IMG/VR virus record: IMGVR_UViG_3300029258_001212
Span: 1-64,000 of that record
From: a virus
Strand: one strand, 5' to 3'
Length of the DNA stretch: 64,000 nt
How positions within the stretch are numbered: position 1 is the first letter of the stretch; the number at the start of each line of letters is the position of its first letter. A program made the translations under genes and the position numbers. Shown here piece after piece: positions 41,092 through 51,242 of this stretch. The notes under the pieces are model-generated. The model was not told the DNA's origin, did no database searches, and saw only the letters and a program-made list of their open reading frames with translations.

Positions 41092-42804
41092 ATGGCGAAC
41101 CTGGGCAATCGGATCGTCAACTACGTTCGGGGGATTTTCAGCCGCGACACCGAGGAGCGGATTGAGGCAGCCGGAGGGGTGAACGTCGGGGACTTCCCGA
41201 TGGATCCATTCGGAAACCTGCAAGTCCAGCACATCGGGCAGAACGTGGTCCAGGACGCCCTGATGGTGTCCAATGCTCTGATGGCGCGGATGATCGACTA
41301 CGAGCGCATGGATGAGTATCCGGACTGCAATGCCGCGTTGAACATCTACGCGGACGATGCAACGGTTCCAGATCCGAGCACAAACCATGTGATGTGGTCC
41401 GTGTGTCGGGACGAGCAGATCCGCGGGATGCTCGACACCATGCTACACAGGCGGCTCCACGTGGACGATGAAGCGTGGGAAGCGATCCGGATGCTGGTGA
41501 AGTACGGAAACGACTTCGAGGAGATCCTGGTCAACTCCCGCGGTGTCCAAGGACTCAACTTTCTTCCAGCGCCTACGTGCCGACGCCTCGAGGGGAAACA
41601 GGGCGAGCTCAAGGGCTTCGTGCAGAGCTTCAGGGGCAACTTCACGGTGAACCCAGGCCAGCTCCAGGGGATGCAGTTCCGCCAGGGCGTGGGGCGTGAG
41701 CCACGCAGCGGCGTGGCCCTCTTCGAGCCGTGGCGTGTGGTTCACATGCGGCTCCGGAGCAACCGGCGCCGGGCGATGTACGGGATCGGGATCCTCGAGG
41801 CGTGCAGGTGGGTCTGGAAGCGCCTCATTCTCCTCGAGGACGCGGCGCTGATCAGCCGGCTGGCTCGAGCTCCCAGTCGCTTCGCGTTCTACGTGGACGT
41901 GGGCAAGCTGTCCACCGAGAACGCGGAGAAGTACCTGGACGAGATGCGCCGGAAGCTCAAGAAAAAGAAGTTCGTGAACCCACGGACCGGCCAGCTCGAT
42001 CTACGATTCAACCCTCTGTCCACGGATGAGGATTTCTTCCTCCCGGTGCGCGACAGCCGGGAGGTGGTCCGAGCGGACGTGCTCAACACGCCCACCTGGA
42101 CGGGCGTGGAAGATGTGGCCTACTTCCGCGACAAGCTCCACGCCAGTCTGATGATCCCGAAGGCGTACCTGGGCTACGATGAGAATCTCCCGAGCCGCGC
42201 TACGCTCTCCCAGGAGGACGTGCGGTTCGCCCGGACGGTGCTCCGGGTCCAGCGCGAGTACAAGGCGGGGATGCGGAAGGTGGCCAAGGTACACCTCGCC
42301 AGTCAGGGGATCGATCCGGCCTATGTGGACTTCGATCTGGCCATGACGGTGCCGAGCTCCATCTTCGAGCTCGCACGCCTCGAGATCCAGAACACCCGAG
42401 CCACGTTCGCTGCCCAGATGGGTGAGCTCGTTTCGAAGCACTGGCTTCTCGCCAACGTGTTCAACTTCTCGGACGCTGAGATCGAAAAAGTGATGGTGCA
42501 GCGGCGCGAGGAGCTCACCGAGGAAATGAAGATCCAGCAAGGGCAATTCGAATCCAGGGCCCTCCCCGTCAGAAGCCCGAACCGAATGCTCACGGACAAC
42601 CGTTCCGCGCCAGCGCGCACGCGCGAGCTGTACGGCGTGGAGCGGGATCTGTTCGCAGGAAGCCGCGAAGCGGAGAAACGCCTCGAGGGACGACTGGACC
42701 AGATGCTCACCGAGAACAGGCGTTTCGGAATGCAGCTCGCGCAGATCCAATCCTTCCTGGGCGAGGTGCGCGGAGCCATTCGCACCTCCCAGATGCCTCG
42801 CTGA
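41092..42804 (+). CDS. Portal protein (T4 gp20-like)
   Basis: YERMDEYPDCNAALNIYADDA; LILLEDAALISRLARAPSRFAFYVDVGKL; EDFFLPVR; DVAYFRDKL...IP; EDVRFARTVLRVQ. Confidence 0.92.
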   Translation: MANLGNRIVNYVRGIFSRDTEERIEAAGGVNVGDFPMDPFGNLQVQHIGQNVVQDALMVSNALMARMIDYERMDEYPDCNAALNIYADDATVPDPSTNHVMWSVCRDEQIRGMLDTMLHRRLHVDDEAWEAIRMLVKYGNDFEEILVNSRGVQGLNFLPAPTCRRLEGKQGELKGFVQSFRGNFTVNPGQLQGMQFRQGVGREPRSGVALFEPWRVVHMRLRSNRRRAMYGIGILEACRWVWKRLILLEDAALISRLARAPSRFAFYVDVGKLSTENAEKYLDEMRRKLKKKKFVNPRTGQLDLRFNPLSTDEDFFLPVRDSREVVRADVLNTPTWTGVEDVAYFRDKLHASLMIPKAYLGYDENLPSRATLSQEDVRFARTVLRVQREYKAGMRKVAKVHLASQGIDPAYVDFDLAMTVPSSIFELARLEIQNTRATFAAQMGELVSKHWLLANVFNFSDAEIEKVMVQRREELTEEMKIQQGQFESRALPVRSPNRMLTDNRSAPARTRELYGVERDLFAGSREAEKRLEGRLDQMLTENRRFGMQLAQIQSFLGEVRGAIRTSQMPR

Positions 42805-42863
42805 TTCGAATCAGATCCTACACAACACTTATATAAGTGTTCGACCCTCCTTGTTTTTTTCCC

Positions 42864-42893
42864 TTGACCCGTGTAGAACCGTGTATTGATAAT
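42864..42893 (+). promoter_or_regulatory. Possible sigma70-type promoter for head genes
   Basis: TTGACC-N18-GATAAT preceded by a T-tract in AT-rich intergenic DNA. Confidence 0.4.
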
Positions 42894-43014
42894 GACAAGG
42901 ATTCAGAGGCGATCCGATGCGAAAAGGTGATCTCTCCACAGAAGTGAGACTCTCCTGGTATTTCACCGGATCTCTCTGCCCTGAGCCCACCGTTACTGGG
43001 AGTGGACGGCCACG

Positions 43015-43947
43015 ATGAGCGGACTGATTCCGGCCAATGTGCTCGCAGGAGTGACCCGCGGATCTCTCGAGGATCACGTGGGTCGAGTGATCCAGGCGGT
43101 AGAGGACAGCCACGCAAGATTCGAATCCGAGACCGGGCAGGACCTGAACGTGATTGCGACGTTCAATGAGCATGTGGTGGTGGCCAACGGGGACGGCAAC
43201 GTCTACCGCGCCAGCTACCAGCCGGCCGGTGACGGGTTTTCCATCACGAAGGTGGAGCCAGTGGAGCTCCCGGTGATTCGCGGGCGCCAGGATGGCAGGC
43301 GCTTCGTGGAGCGCACTGCATCGGAGGCGGTGGAGGCTCTGGTGGCCGGGGACTTCTCATCGGCCCGTGATCAGATCCGCACCTTGATCGAAGCGGCTCC
43401 CATGGTGGCCCCGGCGGACCAGCTCCGCGAGCTCCGCGAGCACCTCTCCGGGATGTTCGATCCGGATCGCCCATGGCGCGCGTTCTACGCGGAGGACCAT
43501 GAGCGCATTCAGCGCCTGGTGTGGGGCACCACCGGCTCCGCCCTTTCCTACACCCCTCAACCCCGCTACCAGCCCCTGTACCGTGACGGTCTCCTCGAGG
43601 ACGCCAGCGAGTACGCTTCCGCCGTGGAGGCGGACGTGGGCGTGATGGCCGAGCGCCTGGAGAAGCTCTGGGAGCAGACCACCGAGGCGTGGGGCGAGTA
43701 CCAATCGACTGGTGCCTTCAAGGCTTCGGGCATCGCCCGGCCGGCCGAGCATTTCGAGACCATCGCTTCCGATTACCTGGTGGAGCTCAAAGCTCTCTGC
43801 CACCTGATGAGCGAGGCGGCCAAGGACAACGATCCGGATACTGTGGCGGCGCGCGGCTGGCTGTTTGACCAGGTGGCGCGGCAGTATCCCCAGGTGGAAG
43901 TGACGGCCCGGCTAGTGCGTCGGGTGGCCACTGAATTTGTGAGCTAA
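43015..43947 (+). CDS. Head-module hypothetical protein
   Basis: Lies between portal and protease; acidic, helical. Confidence 0.7.
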   Translation: MSGLIPANVLAGVTRGSLEDHVGRVIQAVEDSHARFESETGQDLNVIATFNEHVVVANGDGNVYRASYQPAGDGFSITKVEPVELPVIRGRQDGRRFVERTASEAVEALVAGDFSSARDQIRTLIEAAPMVAPADQLRELREHLSGMFDPDRPWRAFYAEDHERIQRLVWGTTGSALSYTPQPRYQPLYRDGLLEDASEYASAVEADVGVMAERLEKLWEQTTEAWGEYQSTGAFKASGIARPAEHFETIASDYLVELKALCHLMSEAAKDNDPDTVAARGWLFDQVARQYPQVEVTARLVRRVATEFVS

Positions 43948-43992
43948 AACGACGCCCCGGCTGGGGCTCAACGAATATCACGGAGGAGCACG

Positions 43993-45066
43993 ATGCAAAA
44001 CCGACCGATCCACACCCTGGCCGAGGACTTCCAGTACCTGGGTCTTCCGGTGGACGAGACGGACCACCTGGACGAGATGGACGCCCCGCCCGCGCCCGAC
44101 AAGAAGCAGGCGGCCATGCAGAAGAAGATGAACGTGGCCAAGACGAAGATGGCGGCGCTTCAGAAGAAAGCCCTCAAGGCCGGTGTGCCGGCGGAGGACG
44201 TGGAGCTGGCCATGCTGTCCGTCACCGAGGACGAGCTGGACGAGCTCCCCGAGGACATGGAGACGCTGGACGAGTTCAAGATCGTCAAGTTCTTCAAGAA
44301 CCTCCTCAAGAAAGGCAAGAAGAAGCCGTCCCGCGCCGAGCGGCTCAAGAAGGCCAAAAAGGCGAAGCAGTACCGCAAGGGCCGGGGCCGGTCCCAAGCC
44401 AAGCGGTATCGCAAGAGCTCCCGCTTCAAGAAGCTCAAGAAGCTCTACGCCAAGGCCAAGAAGATGGGCAAAAAGGCCGTGAAGGGCGCCCGGCGCAGCT
44501 TCGCGTCCATGCTCGGCTCGAGCACCGAGTACCCAGGTGGCCAGGAGCTGTCCGAGCTCGGGTCCATCATCAACGCCCTCGAGCACACCGAGGACAGCTC
44601 CCAGTACGCGGCCGGCTACGCCAACATCGCCAAGGCGGCAACGGCCACGGCCGGCGGTCTCCGCGAGCTGGACGAGAGCTACGTGGACATTCACTTCCCG
44701 CTGGACGAGGCGGCCGACTACTGCGAGCTCATCGCCGCGGAGGCCCGGGAGTTCCTGGGCGCCCTCGAGGAGCGCGACGGCACCATCAGCGTGGAGGACC
44801 AGCGGCTCCTGGACGAGCACCTCGCTGAGCTCCACGCGGAAGCCCTCGCCATGGCCAACTACGCCGACGACACCAACATCCTGGTGGCGCTGGACGAGGG
44901 GCGGATGCCCTTCGAGCAGGAGGTGGTGGAGAGCGAGGGTCTGTTCGGCGCGGAGCTGGACGAGGACGAGGACCTGTTCTTCGAGGACGAGGACGAGGAC
45001 GAGGAAGATCCCTTCGAGGGGATCCGCGGCGAAGTCGCCCTCATGTTCGGTATCCGTCACCGCTAG
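43993..45066 (+). CDS. Prohead core-like protein (acidic/basic blocks)
   Basis: Position before protease as for T4 gp67/gp68; very Lys-rich block flanked by acidic regions with LDE sites. Confidence 0.55.
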   Translation: MQNRPIHTLAEDFQYLGLPVDETDHLDEMDAPPAPDKKQAAMQKKMNVAKTKMAALQKKALKAGVPAEDVELAMLSVTEDELDELPEDMETLDEFKIVKFFKNLLKKGKKKPSRAERLKKAKKAKQYRKGRGRSQAKRYRKSSRFKKLKKLYAKAKKMGKKAVKGARRSFASMLGSSTEYPGGQELSELGSIINALEHTEDSSQYAAGYANIAKAATATAGGLRELDESYVDIHFPLDEAADYCELIAAEAREFLGALEERDGTISVEDQRLLDEHLAELHAEALAMANYADDTNILVALDEGRMPFEQEVVESEGLFGAELDEDEDLFFEDEDEDEEDPFEGIRGEVALMFGIRHR

Positions 45067-45075
45067 GAGGCCACC

Positions 45076-46644
45076 GTGGACCAGGTACTCACAGACTGCC
45101 AGCTATTCCGATTCGAGCTGGTGGAGGACCGGGAGGGCTCCGGGGGCATGGTAGCCCGCGGGCCCTTTGCCCGGGCAGGAGTGCCGACGGCCAACGGCCG
45201 GGTGTACTCCGGCAAGCTCTGGGAGCGAGAGCTGTCCCGGCTCCAGGACAAGATCAAGACGAGCAGCTTGTTCGGACTCCTGGACCACCCACAGGACGGC
45301 AAGACCACGCTCAAGGAAGCGTCTCACCTGATCACCAAGCTGACCTTCGATGGCACCAACGTCATCGGGGAGATGCGAGTGCTCGACACCCCCAACGGGC
45401 GCATCCTGAAGTCCATCATCGAAAGCGGAGGCGTTGTGGGCGTCTCCAGCCGTGGCGTGGGGACCACCCGCAAGAACCAACAGGGCATGAGCGAGGTTCA
45501 AGACGACTATCGGCTCCTGTCCTTTGACGCCGTGGCGGACCCGGCGAACGCTACGTCTTGGCCGAAGTTCACCACCGAGGCCGACGATCCGGAGGAGAAC
45601 ATGCCCCTCACCCTCGAGCAACTGAAGGAAACGCACCCCGAGCTGGTGCAGATGATCCAGGCGGAGGCCGTGGCAGACGTGGAGCCGGCCCCGGCGGCGC
45701 CCGACACCGAGGACATGCGCGAGAAGCTCTTGTCCATGGTGCAGGAGCAGCGCGCGGAGGTGGAGAGCCAGGTGCGGAGCGAGCTCCTGAGCGACCCGTC
45801 CGTGGGCGGCTCGCGGCTCGCCCTCGAGGGGGTGATCAAGCTCCTCCGGCCCCTGATGCTCACCGAGGATCAGCACGCCGTCCTGGAGAACAAGGAAGAG
45901 GAGCTGGCGGACACCCGGGCCAAGCTCGAGGAGGCACAGGAGCAGATCTCCCAGCTCGAGGCGGCCGTGGAGGAGCTGGTGGGCATCACCGAGGAGCTCT
46001 CCTGTCGCTACTACGCCGAGCGCGCCCTGGGTACACTCGAGGAGGTGGACACGAAGGAGCACATCCTCGGGATGCTCGGGGACCTGTCCCGCTTCGGATC
46101 CATCGAAGAGTTCAAGGAGGCCCTCGCTTCCACCGTGGAGTCGGTGCTCACCGAGACCACGCGCCAGGAGGAGGAGAACGCAGAGCTCGCGGCCATGAAG
46201 GCCGAGAACGAGAAGCTCCGCAAGGCCCTGGGCAAGTCTGTGGAGCTCGGCAAGGCCCTGGGCACCAAGGCGTACCTCGAGCAGCGCCTGAACGCTCATC
46301 CCCAGGCCAGCGCCATCCGCGAGCAAGCGGAGAACGTGCGTCTGGAGGGCAAGCGTGCCGTGGATCGCCTGATCGAATCCTTCGAGGCGGCCAACCCCTT
46401 GTCGGACGAGTTCGATCAGATCTCGTCCGAGTTCGGCGGCGGCCTGTCCCACCTCACCGAGGGGGACGAGGATCCGCAGGACTTCACCGAGGGGTTCACG
46501 GGCGCCATGCACATGCCGGAGGGTGGCGGCGGCCAGGTGCCCCTCACCGAGGACGGCTACGATCTGTTCGGTGTGGGCCAGAAAGAGCTCCGGAAGCTCT
46601 GCGGCCTGTCCGAGGGACGCGACGACGACAAGGGGCCCTACTAG
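45076..46644 (+). CDS. Prohead protease (T4 gp21-like) fused to coiled-coil scaffold
   Basis: NGRVY, GLLDHP, ASHLI, LDTPNGRIL, GVSSRGVG, FDAVADPA; C-terminal acidic coiled coil. Confidence 0.9.
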   Translation: MDQVLTDCQLFRFELVEDREGSGGMVARGPFARAGVPTANGRVYSGKLWERELSRLQDKIKTSSLFGLLDHPQDGKTTLKEASHLITKLTFDGTNVIGEMRVLDTPNGRILKSIIESGGVVGVSSRGVGTTRKNQQGMSEVQDDYRLLSFDAVADPANATSWPKFTTEADDPEENMPLTLEQLKETHPELVQMIQAEAVADVEPAPAAPDTEDMREKLLSMVQEQRAEVESQVRSELLSDPSVGGSRLALEGVIKLLRPLMLTEDQHAVLENKEEELADTRAKLEEAQEQISQLEAAVEELVGITEELSCRYYAERALGTLEEVDTKEHILGMLGDLSRFGSIEEFKEALASTVESVLTETTRQEEENAELAAMKAENEKLRKALGKSVELGKALGTKAYLEQRLNAHPQASAIREQAENVRLEGKRAVDRLIESFEAANPLSDEFDQISSEFGGGLSHLTEGDEDPQDFTEGFTGAMHMPEGGGGQVPLTEDGYDLFGVGQKELRKLCGLSEGRDDDKGPY

Positions 46645-46705
46645 GGGATCTCTTCCAGGAAAACCAACGCGCAATGAGCGCGTGAACCGGATTTAGGAGG
46701 CAGAA

Positions 46706-48205
46706 ATGCAGGCAAGAGACATGGTGAAGGCCCCGGGCGGCTTCGGAGGCCAGGACCGGGTGGACGAGATCCTCAAGCAGAAGTGGGCGTGGCTCCTCGA
46801 CGGAATCGAGGAGGACTGGGATCGGCGCAACCTGGCGCGCCTCTTCGAGAACCAGATGAACCACCTCCGCGACGAGGTGCGGAAGTCCGGGATCATCAGC
46901 GAAGCCACCACCAAGGCGGCCGTGCCGGACTACGTGAAGTTCATCTTCCCGCTGGTCCGCCGCGTCTGGGCGAGCCTGTTCGCCAACGGCCTGGTGAGCG
47001 TCCAGCCGATGAGCGCCCCCATCGGCGGGATCTTCTTCTTCGAGTACAAGTACGGCACCACCAAGGGATCGGTCACCGCGGGTCAGAACATGATCCAGAA
47101 CTTCGACCGGTTCTACAGCTCGGAGCGCGTGTACCACGAGCTGGTGGACACCGGAGACGGTGCCACGGCCAACTACACCGGGACCCTGGACTGGTTCCCG
47201 GTGGTGCCGAAGGACAACTTCGGCCGCGCGGGCCTCGAGTTCACCACGGTGGACGTGTCCGACAACGTGCTCCGGATCTACGATGCGGACGGATCCGGCA
47301 CCCTGGCCGGTGACACGGGCGGCGCGTCCACGGTCACCTACGCCAGCGGCGACTTCAACATCACGTTCTCCGCGAACGTGAAGAACCTCACCCCCATCTA
47401 CGCCAACTACTGGTTCAGCATGGAGGCGGCCAGTGCCAACGTGCCGGAGGTGAACGTCGAGATCTCCCTCGAGCCCGTCCAGGCGTGGAGCCGCAAGCTC
47501 AAGGCGCTGTGGAGCTCGGAGGCGGCCGACGACATGCGCGCCATGCTCGGGCTCGACATCGAATCCGAGCTGGTGGGCGGCCTGGCCAGCGAGATCGGGC
47601 TGGAGATCGACCGCGAGATCATCCAGGACCTGTACGTGGCGGCGGACGCCGGCACCAACAAGGACACCTTCGACGCGACGGTGCCCCCCGGCCGGAGCCC
47701 GGTGGAGCACTACTCCGGGATCCTCACCAAGCTGGACAAGATCGCCACGGAGATCCACACCCGCACCAAGCGCGGTCCGGGCAACTTCATCGTGTGCGCG
47801 CCCGACGTGTCCACGGTGATCTCGGCCCTGAGCCGCCACGGCGACTTCAAGGGCGTGTTCTCCCAGACCGATCCCGTCCAGGGCATCGGCACCGGCGGGC
47901 GCCCCGGCTTCCCGCTCCCGAACGCCCCGCAGGGCTACGGGATCTTCGAGGCCGGCACGCTCCAGAACCGCTGGCGCGTGATCGTGGATCCGTACTTCGA
48001 GTCGGGCAAGGCCGTGGTCGGGCTCAAGGGGAGCACCTTCCTCGACAGCGGCTACGCCTACGCCCCCTACGTGGGGCTCCAGATCACCAGCACCTGGCTG
48101 GATCCGGGCAACTTCCAGGCCCGCAAGGGCCTCCGGACCCGGTACGCCACGAAGCTGATGAACAGCAACTTCTACGGCGCCCTCGAGGTGAACAACACCC
48201 CGTAG
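46706..48205 (+). CDS. Major capsid protein (T4 gp23-like)
   Basis: LFENQ, PLVRRV, VSVQPMSAPIG, SRKLKALWS.EAADD, EIDREII, GNFIV, YAPYV, TRY; predicted maturation site IISE|A. Confidence 0.95.
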   Translation: MQARDMVKAPGGFGGQDRVDEILKQKWAWLLDGIEEDWDRRNLARLFENQMNHLRDEVRKSGIISEATTKAAVPDYVKFIFPLVRRVWASLFANGLVSVQPMSAPIGGIFFFEYKYGTTKGSVTAGQNMIQNFDRFYSSERVYHELVDTGDGATANYTGTLDWFPVVPKDNFGRAGLEFTTVDVSDNVLRIYDADGSGTLAGDTGGASTVTYASGDFNITFSANVKNLTPIYANYWFSMEAASANVPEVNVEISLEPVQAWSRKLKALWSSEAADDMRAMLGLDIESELVGGLASEIGLEIDREIIQDLYVAADAGTNKDTFDATVPPGRSPVEHYSGILTKLDKIATEIHTRTKRGPGNFIVCAPDVSTVISALSRHGDFKGVFSQTDPVQGIGTGGRPGFPLPNAPQGYGIFEAGTLQNRWRVIVDPYFESGKAVVGLKGSTFLDSGYAYAPYVGLQITSTWLDPGNFQARKGLRTRYATKLMNSNFYGALEVNNTP

Positions 48206-48221
48206 CGTGAGATCGTGTCAA

Positions 48222-48272
48222 GGATCCCAACGGGGGTGACCACCTCCCGCGGCAGTCACCCCCGTTGGATCC
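48222..48272 (+). terminator. Strong hairpin downstream of MCP (terminator/stabiliser)
   Basis: CCAACGGGGGTGAC-N14-GTCACCCCCGTTGG 14 bp perfect stem; no clear U-tract. Confidence 0.55.
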
Positions 48273-48311
48273 GACTTCAGGTTTCAGGCTACTGCGGAGG
48301 AGGATTCCAAG

Positions 48312-48872
48312 ATGAAAATCACCTGTGTGAATCGCAGTGCAGACCCCGTTCCGATGCCCGGAGCGGTGAGCTGTGCAGCGGGCACCACGAAGGCCCTCAC
48401 CGGTCGCACGGTGGACGAGGCGGCCCAGATGCAGGAGCTGTACGCCAGCTCCACCGTCCAGATCGTCTGCGAGCTCGAGGACGACGACTATCCGCCCATC
48501 GTCTGCGTGGCCAAAGCCCCGGCGGACCCGGCGGCGGACGCCACGGACCTGGCGGCCGTGGGGTTCGACCTTCAGGACCTGTACGGCAACGCCTACAGCA
48601 GCGACATGGCCATGTACTTCGGCGTGTTCGATGATGAGGACTGCCTCATCCCGTCCGAGGATGCCACGCTGGACACGGCGGCCACCGGCACCATCGACGC
48701 GGGCGCCGGGACGAATCTCCTGACGGTGACCCCCGACGCTGGCGTGCTTTCCGTGACGGTGAGCATCCCGGCGGCGGCCGATCAGGTGGTGTACCTGAAG
48801 GCGTGGGTTGTCGGCGGTCGCCGCATGGTGGACACGTCGGACCAGCACGCCGCGACGTTCAGCGTTTCCTAG
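48312..48872 (+). CDS. Putative head decoration/structural protein
   Basis: Directly after MCP; acidic, Ala/Thr/Val beta-rich. Confidence 0.5.
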   Translation: MKITCVNRSADPVPMPGAVSCAAGTTKALTGRTVDEAAQMQELYASSTVQIVCELEDDDYPPIVCVAKAPADPAADATDLAAVGFDLQDLYGNAYSSDMAMYFGVFDDEDCLIPSEDATLDTAATGTIDAGAGTNLLTVTPDAGVLSVTVSIPAAADQVVYLKAWVVGGRRMVDTSDQHAATFSVS

Positions 48873-48946
48873 CATCTGGCGGAACACGCCGGTGCCCGGC
48901 CTACCTCAGATTGGACATTCGATGAGAACGTAGGGAGGAGTATGCC

Positions 48947-49585
48947 ATGGCCACCCGAGCCAACGCACGGAAGTACAAACGCAACCCCGAGTACCCCGCG
49001 GAGCGGTTTAAGCTCAACGGGGTGCTGTTCACCGATGAGACCGTGGTGGAGGGAGACCACTGGGAGAAGTACACCACCCAGCTTTTCCCCAACATCCCCC
49101 CGCAGCTCGTCTACGCGCCCTCGGGTGACCAGGTGACCACCGGGGGCACGGCCCGGGCCGAGCGCCCCCAGCGCGACGTGGAGCCCCCCAAAGGCACCAC
49201 CACGGCAGCCTTCAAGCGCAGCGAGGAGGAGCCGGCGGCCGGGGACGGCAAGAAGACCCTGGTAGAGACCGGCTCCAAACCCAAGCCGGCTTCGAAGCAG
49301 GCCATCGTTCCCCCGGAACCGGAACCGGAACCGGAGCCCGAGCCCGAGCCCGAAGAGGAGCTCGAGGACGATGTGGAGCCGGAGGACCTGACGGTGATCA
49401 ATGGCGTGGGCGACAGCCGGGCCGAGTCCCTGGCGGAGGCAGGCTTCCCCACGGTGCAATCCGTGGCCAACGCGGACCCGGCGGTGCTCCTCCATGGTGT
49501 GCGTGAGACCGGGGCTCGCATGAACCTCGCCACGGCTCGCACCATCGTGCGCCAGGCCAAGGTGGCGGCCGGTCGGAAGGAATAA
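48947..49585 (+). CDS. Helix-hairpin-helix domain protein with (PE)n linker
   Basis: DLTVINGVGDSRAESLAEAGFPTVQSVANAD. Confidence 0.7.
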   Translation: MATRANARKYKRNPEYPAERFKLNGVLFTDETVVEGDHWEKYTTQLFPNIPPQLVYAPSGDQVTTGGTARAERPQRDVEPPKGTTTAAFKRSEEEPAAGDGKKTLVETGSKPKPASKQAIVPPEPEPEPEPEPEPEEELEDDVEPEDLTVINGVGDSRAESLAEAGFPTVQSVANADPAVLLHGVRETGARMNLATARTIVRQAKVAAGRKE

Positions 49586-49604
49586 AGCAAGAGGGGCAGC
49601 GAAT

Positions 49605-49672
49605 ACCCTCTTGATTCTTATCTCTGAAGGATAGAGATAAGGTTAATTAAGAAGAAGCAACACCCGTGCCAA
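49605..49672 (-). repeat. Conserved ~70 bp element copy 4 (reverse orientation)
   Basis: Reverse complement TTGGCACGGGTGTTGCTTCTTCTTAATTAACCTTATCTCTATCCTTCAGAGATAAGAATCAAGAGGGT. Confidence 0.9.
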
Positions 49673-49685
49673 AGTGGAGGCACCC

Positions 49686-50486
49686 ATGATCTGGCCGACT
49701 CGCCCCCGACTTTGGGGCACCTACCTGGACGAGGTTGCGGTCCACAGTGACCCGGCCAAGCGGTTCCCTCCGCCCAGGGACCTGAACAACATCATCCAGG
49801 CCCATGCCTTCAAGACCTACGGCCAGGACAACAACACCAAGCGGGTGGCGATCAAGGGCTTCCAACGGCTCCTCAAGGGGCTCCGCTACAAGTACCGGAA
49901 CGATCCCACCATGGACCTGCACAGCGAGGAGTTTTTCACTCGTCTGGCGCGGGCCTCGAGGCGCTGGTGGGAGTCCAAGGGCCAGGCGGAGTACGAGAAG
50001 CTCATGGGCTTCCGGAAGCGCAAGCGGCGCAACATCAGGGCCGGGCGCGCACGCAAGCGCGCGGAGCTCATGGCCAAGGCCGAAAAGGAAGCGGCAGCGG
50101 CGGCGGCGAACGAATGGAGAGATCCGCTGTTCGGTGTTGTCCAGGACGTGATCACCGGCAACACCTGGGAGGGCGAGTACGCTCGCACCGTGCTGGGCGA
50201 GAAGCGCAAGGCGCCGAAGGTCCGCGGCAAGGTGAAGCGCGGCTCCACGGTGGAAGTGGTGGCTGCCAGGGGCCAGGACAAGCCGTTCCACGGAATGCGT
50301 GGTGAGGTGGTAGGCACCCGCCCCCATTTCGTCACCGTCAACTTCCCGGCCCTCGGTGAGATCGATGTGTTCACCGACAGTGTGCGCCTGGTGGAGCACA
50401 CCGAGCTCGAGGGGTGGCCGGCATGGGTGGTACAGGAAGATCTCGACGCTGTGGAGCTCGAGGGGGACCTGGATACGGGGTACTAG
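49686..50486 (+). CDS. Basic protein with C-terminal KOW/SH3-like module, possible cargo
   Basis: YLDE|V near N-terminus; VLGE|K then KVKRGSTVEV...GMRGEVVG...VTVNF. Confidence 0.55.
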   Translation: MIWPTRPRLWGTYLDEVAVHSDPAKRFPPPRDLNNIIQAHAFKTYGQDNNTKRVAIKGFQRLLKGLRYKYRNDPTMDLHSEEFFTRLARASRRWWESKGQAEYEKLMGFRKRKRRNIRAGRARKRAELMAKAEKEAAAAAANEWRDPLFGVVQDVITGNTWEGEYARTVLGEKRKAPKVRGKVKRGSTVEVVAARGQDKPFHGMRGEVVGTRPHFVTVNFPALGEIDVFTDSVRLVEHTELEGWPAWVVQEDLDAVELEGDLDTGY

Positions 50487-51242
50487 ATGGCCACACTGGG
50501 CATCGAAAATATCCGCTCGTTCATTATGCGGAAGCTGGGTCACCCGGTGGTCTGCGTGGAGCTGGACGAGGAGCAGGTGGACCAGGCGATCACCGATGCG
50601 TTCATCTGGTGGAGCGCCTACAGGGGTTGGTACAAGGAGGCCGAGCTCCAACTGGTCATTGACCAGTCCGAGTACGATCTGAGCGCGGTAGATCCGCCCG
50701 TGGTGGGCATCATCGACATTTACTTCGTGGCGGACTACGGGTGGGACTTGGAGTACCTGTGGGAGGGGTTCCTGGACGTGAACGGTTACCCCTATGACTG
50801 GTATCTCCAGAATGAAGGCCAGGGTGGTTTCTACAGTGGGATCGTCCAGTGGCAACAGATGAGGGAGACGGGCGCGCGGGTGCTGTCCGTGGACGCGGAC
50901 TGGATTTTCAACTCGCAAACGAAGGTGCTCACCATCACACCGCGTCCGAGCGACAATATGGTGGCACAGAAGATCGTCTACAAGTACGAGACCCCGTTCG
51001 ATTCGAAGTACCTATCCATGGTGCCTCCCCAGGATGCGTTCCTGATCAGAGAGCGCGCACTGGCGGAGTCCAAGTACATCTTGGGGCGCATCCGAGGCAA
51101 GTACACCGGGGGCTTACCGGCGGCTCAAGGCAACGTGAGCCTGGACGGCGACAACCTACTCCAGGAGGCCCAGGCGGACTTTGACCGGCTGGACAGGGAG
51201 CTCATGGCCCTGATGCCTCCGCCGGCCATCATCACCGGGTAG
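50487..51242 (+). CDS. Neck/head-tail adaptor protein (T4 gp13-like)
   Basis: IMRKLGHPVVCVELDEEQV...A; KYILGRIRGKY...LP...VSLDGDNLLQEA. Confidence 0.8.
   Translation: MATLGIENIRSFIMRKLGHPVVCVELDEEQVDQAITDAFIWWSAYRGWYKEAELQLVIDQSEYDLSAVDPPVVGIIDIYFVADYGWDLEYLWEGFLDVNGYPYDWYLQNEGQGGFYSGIVQWQQMRETGARVLSVDADWIFNSQTKVLTITPRPSDNMVAQKIVYKYETPFDSKYLSMVPPQDAFLIRERALAESKYILGRIRGKYTGGLPAAQGNVSLDGDNLLQEAQADFDRLDRELMALMPPPAIITG

Noticed and set aside
49311-49352. CCGGAA/CCCGAG short tandem repeat
   Set aside because: Simply encodes a (PE)n linker in the HhH protein
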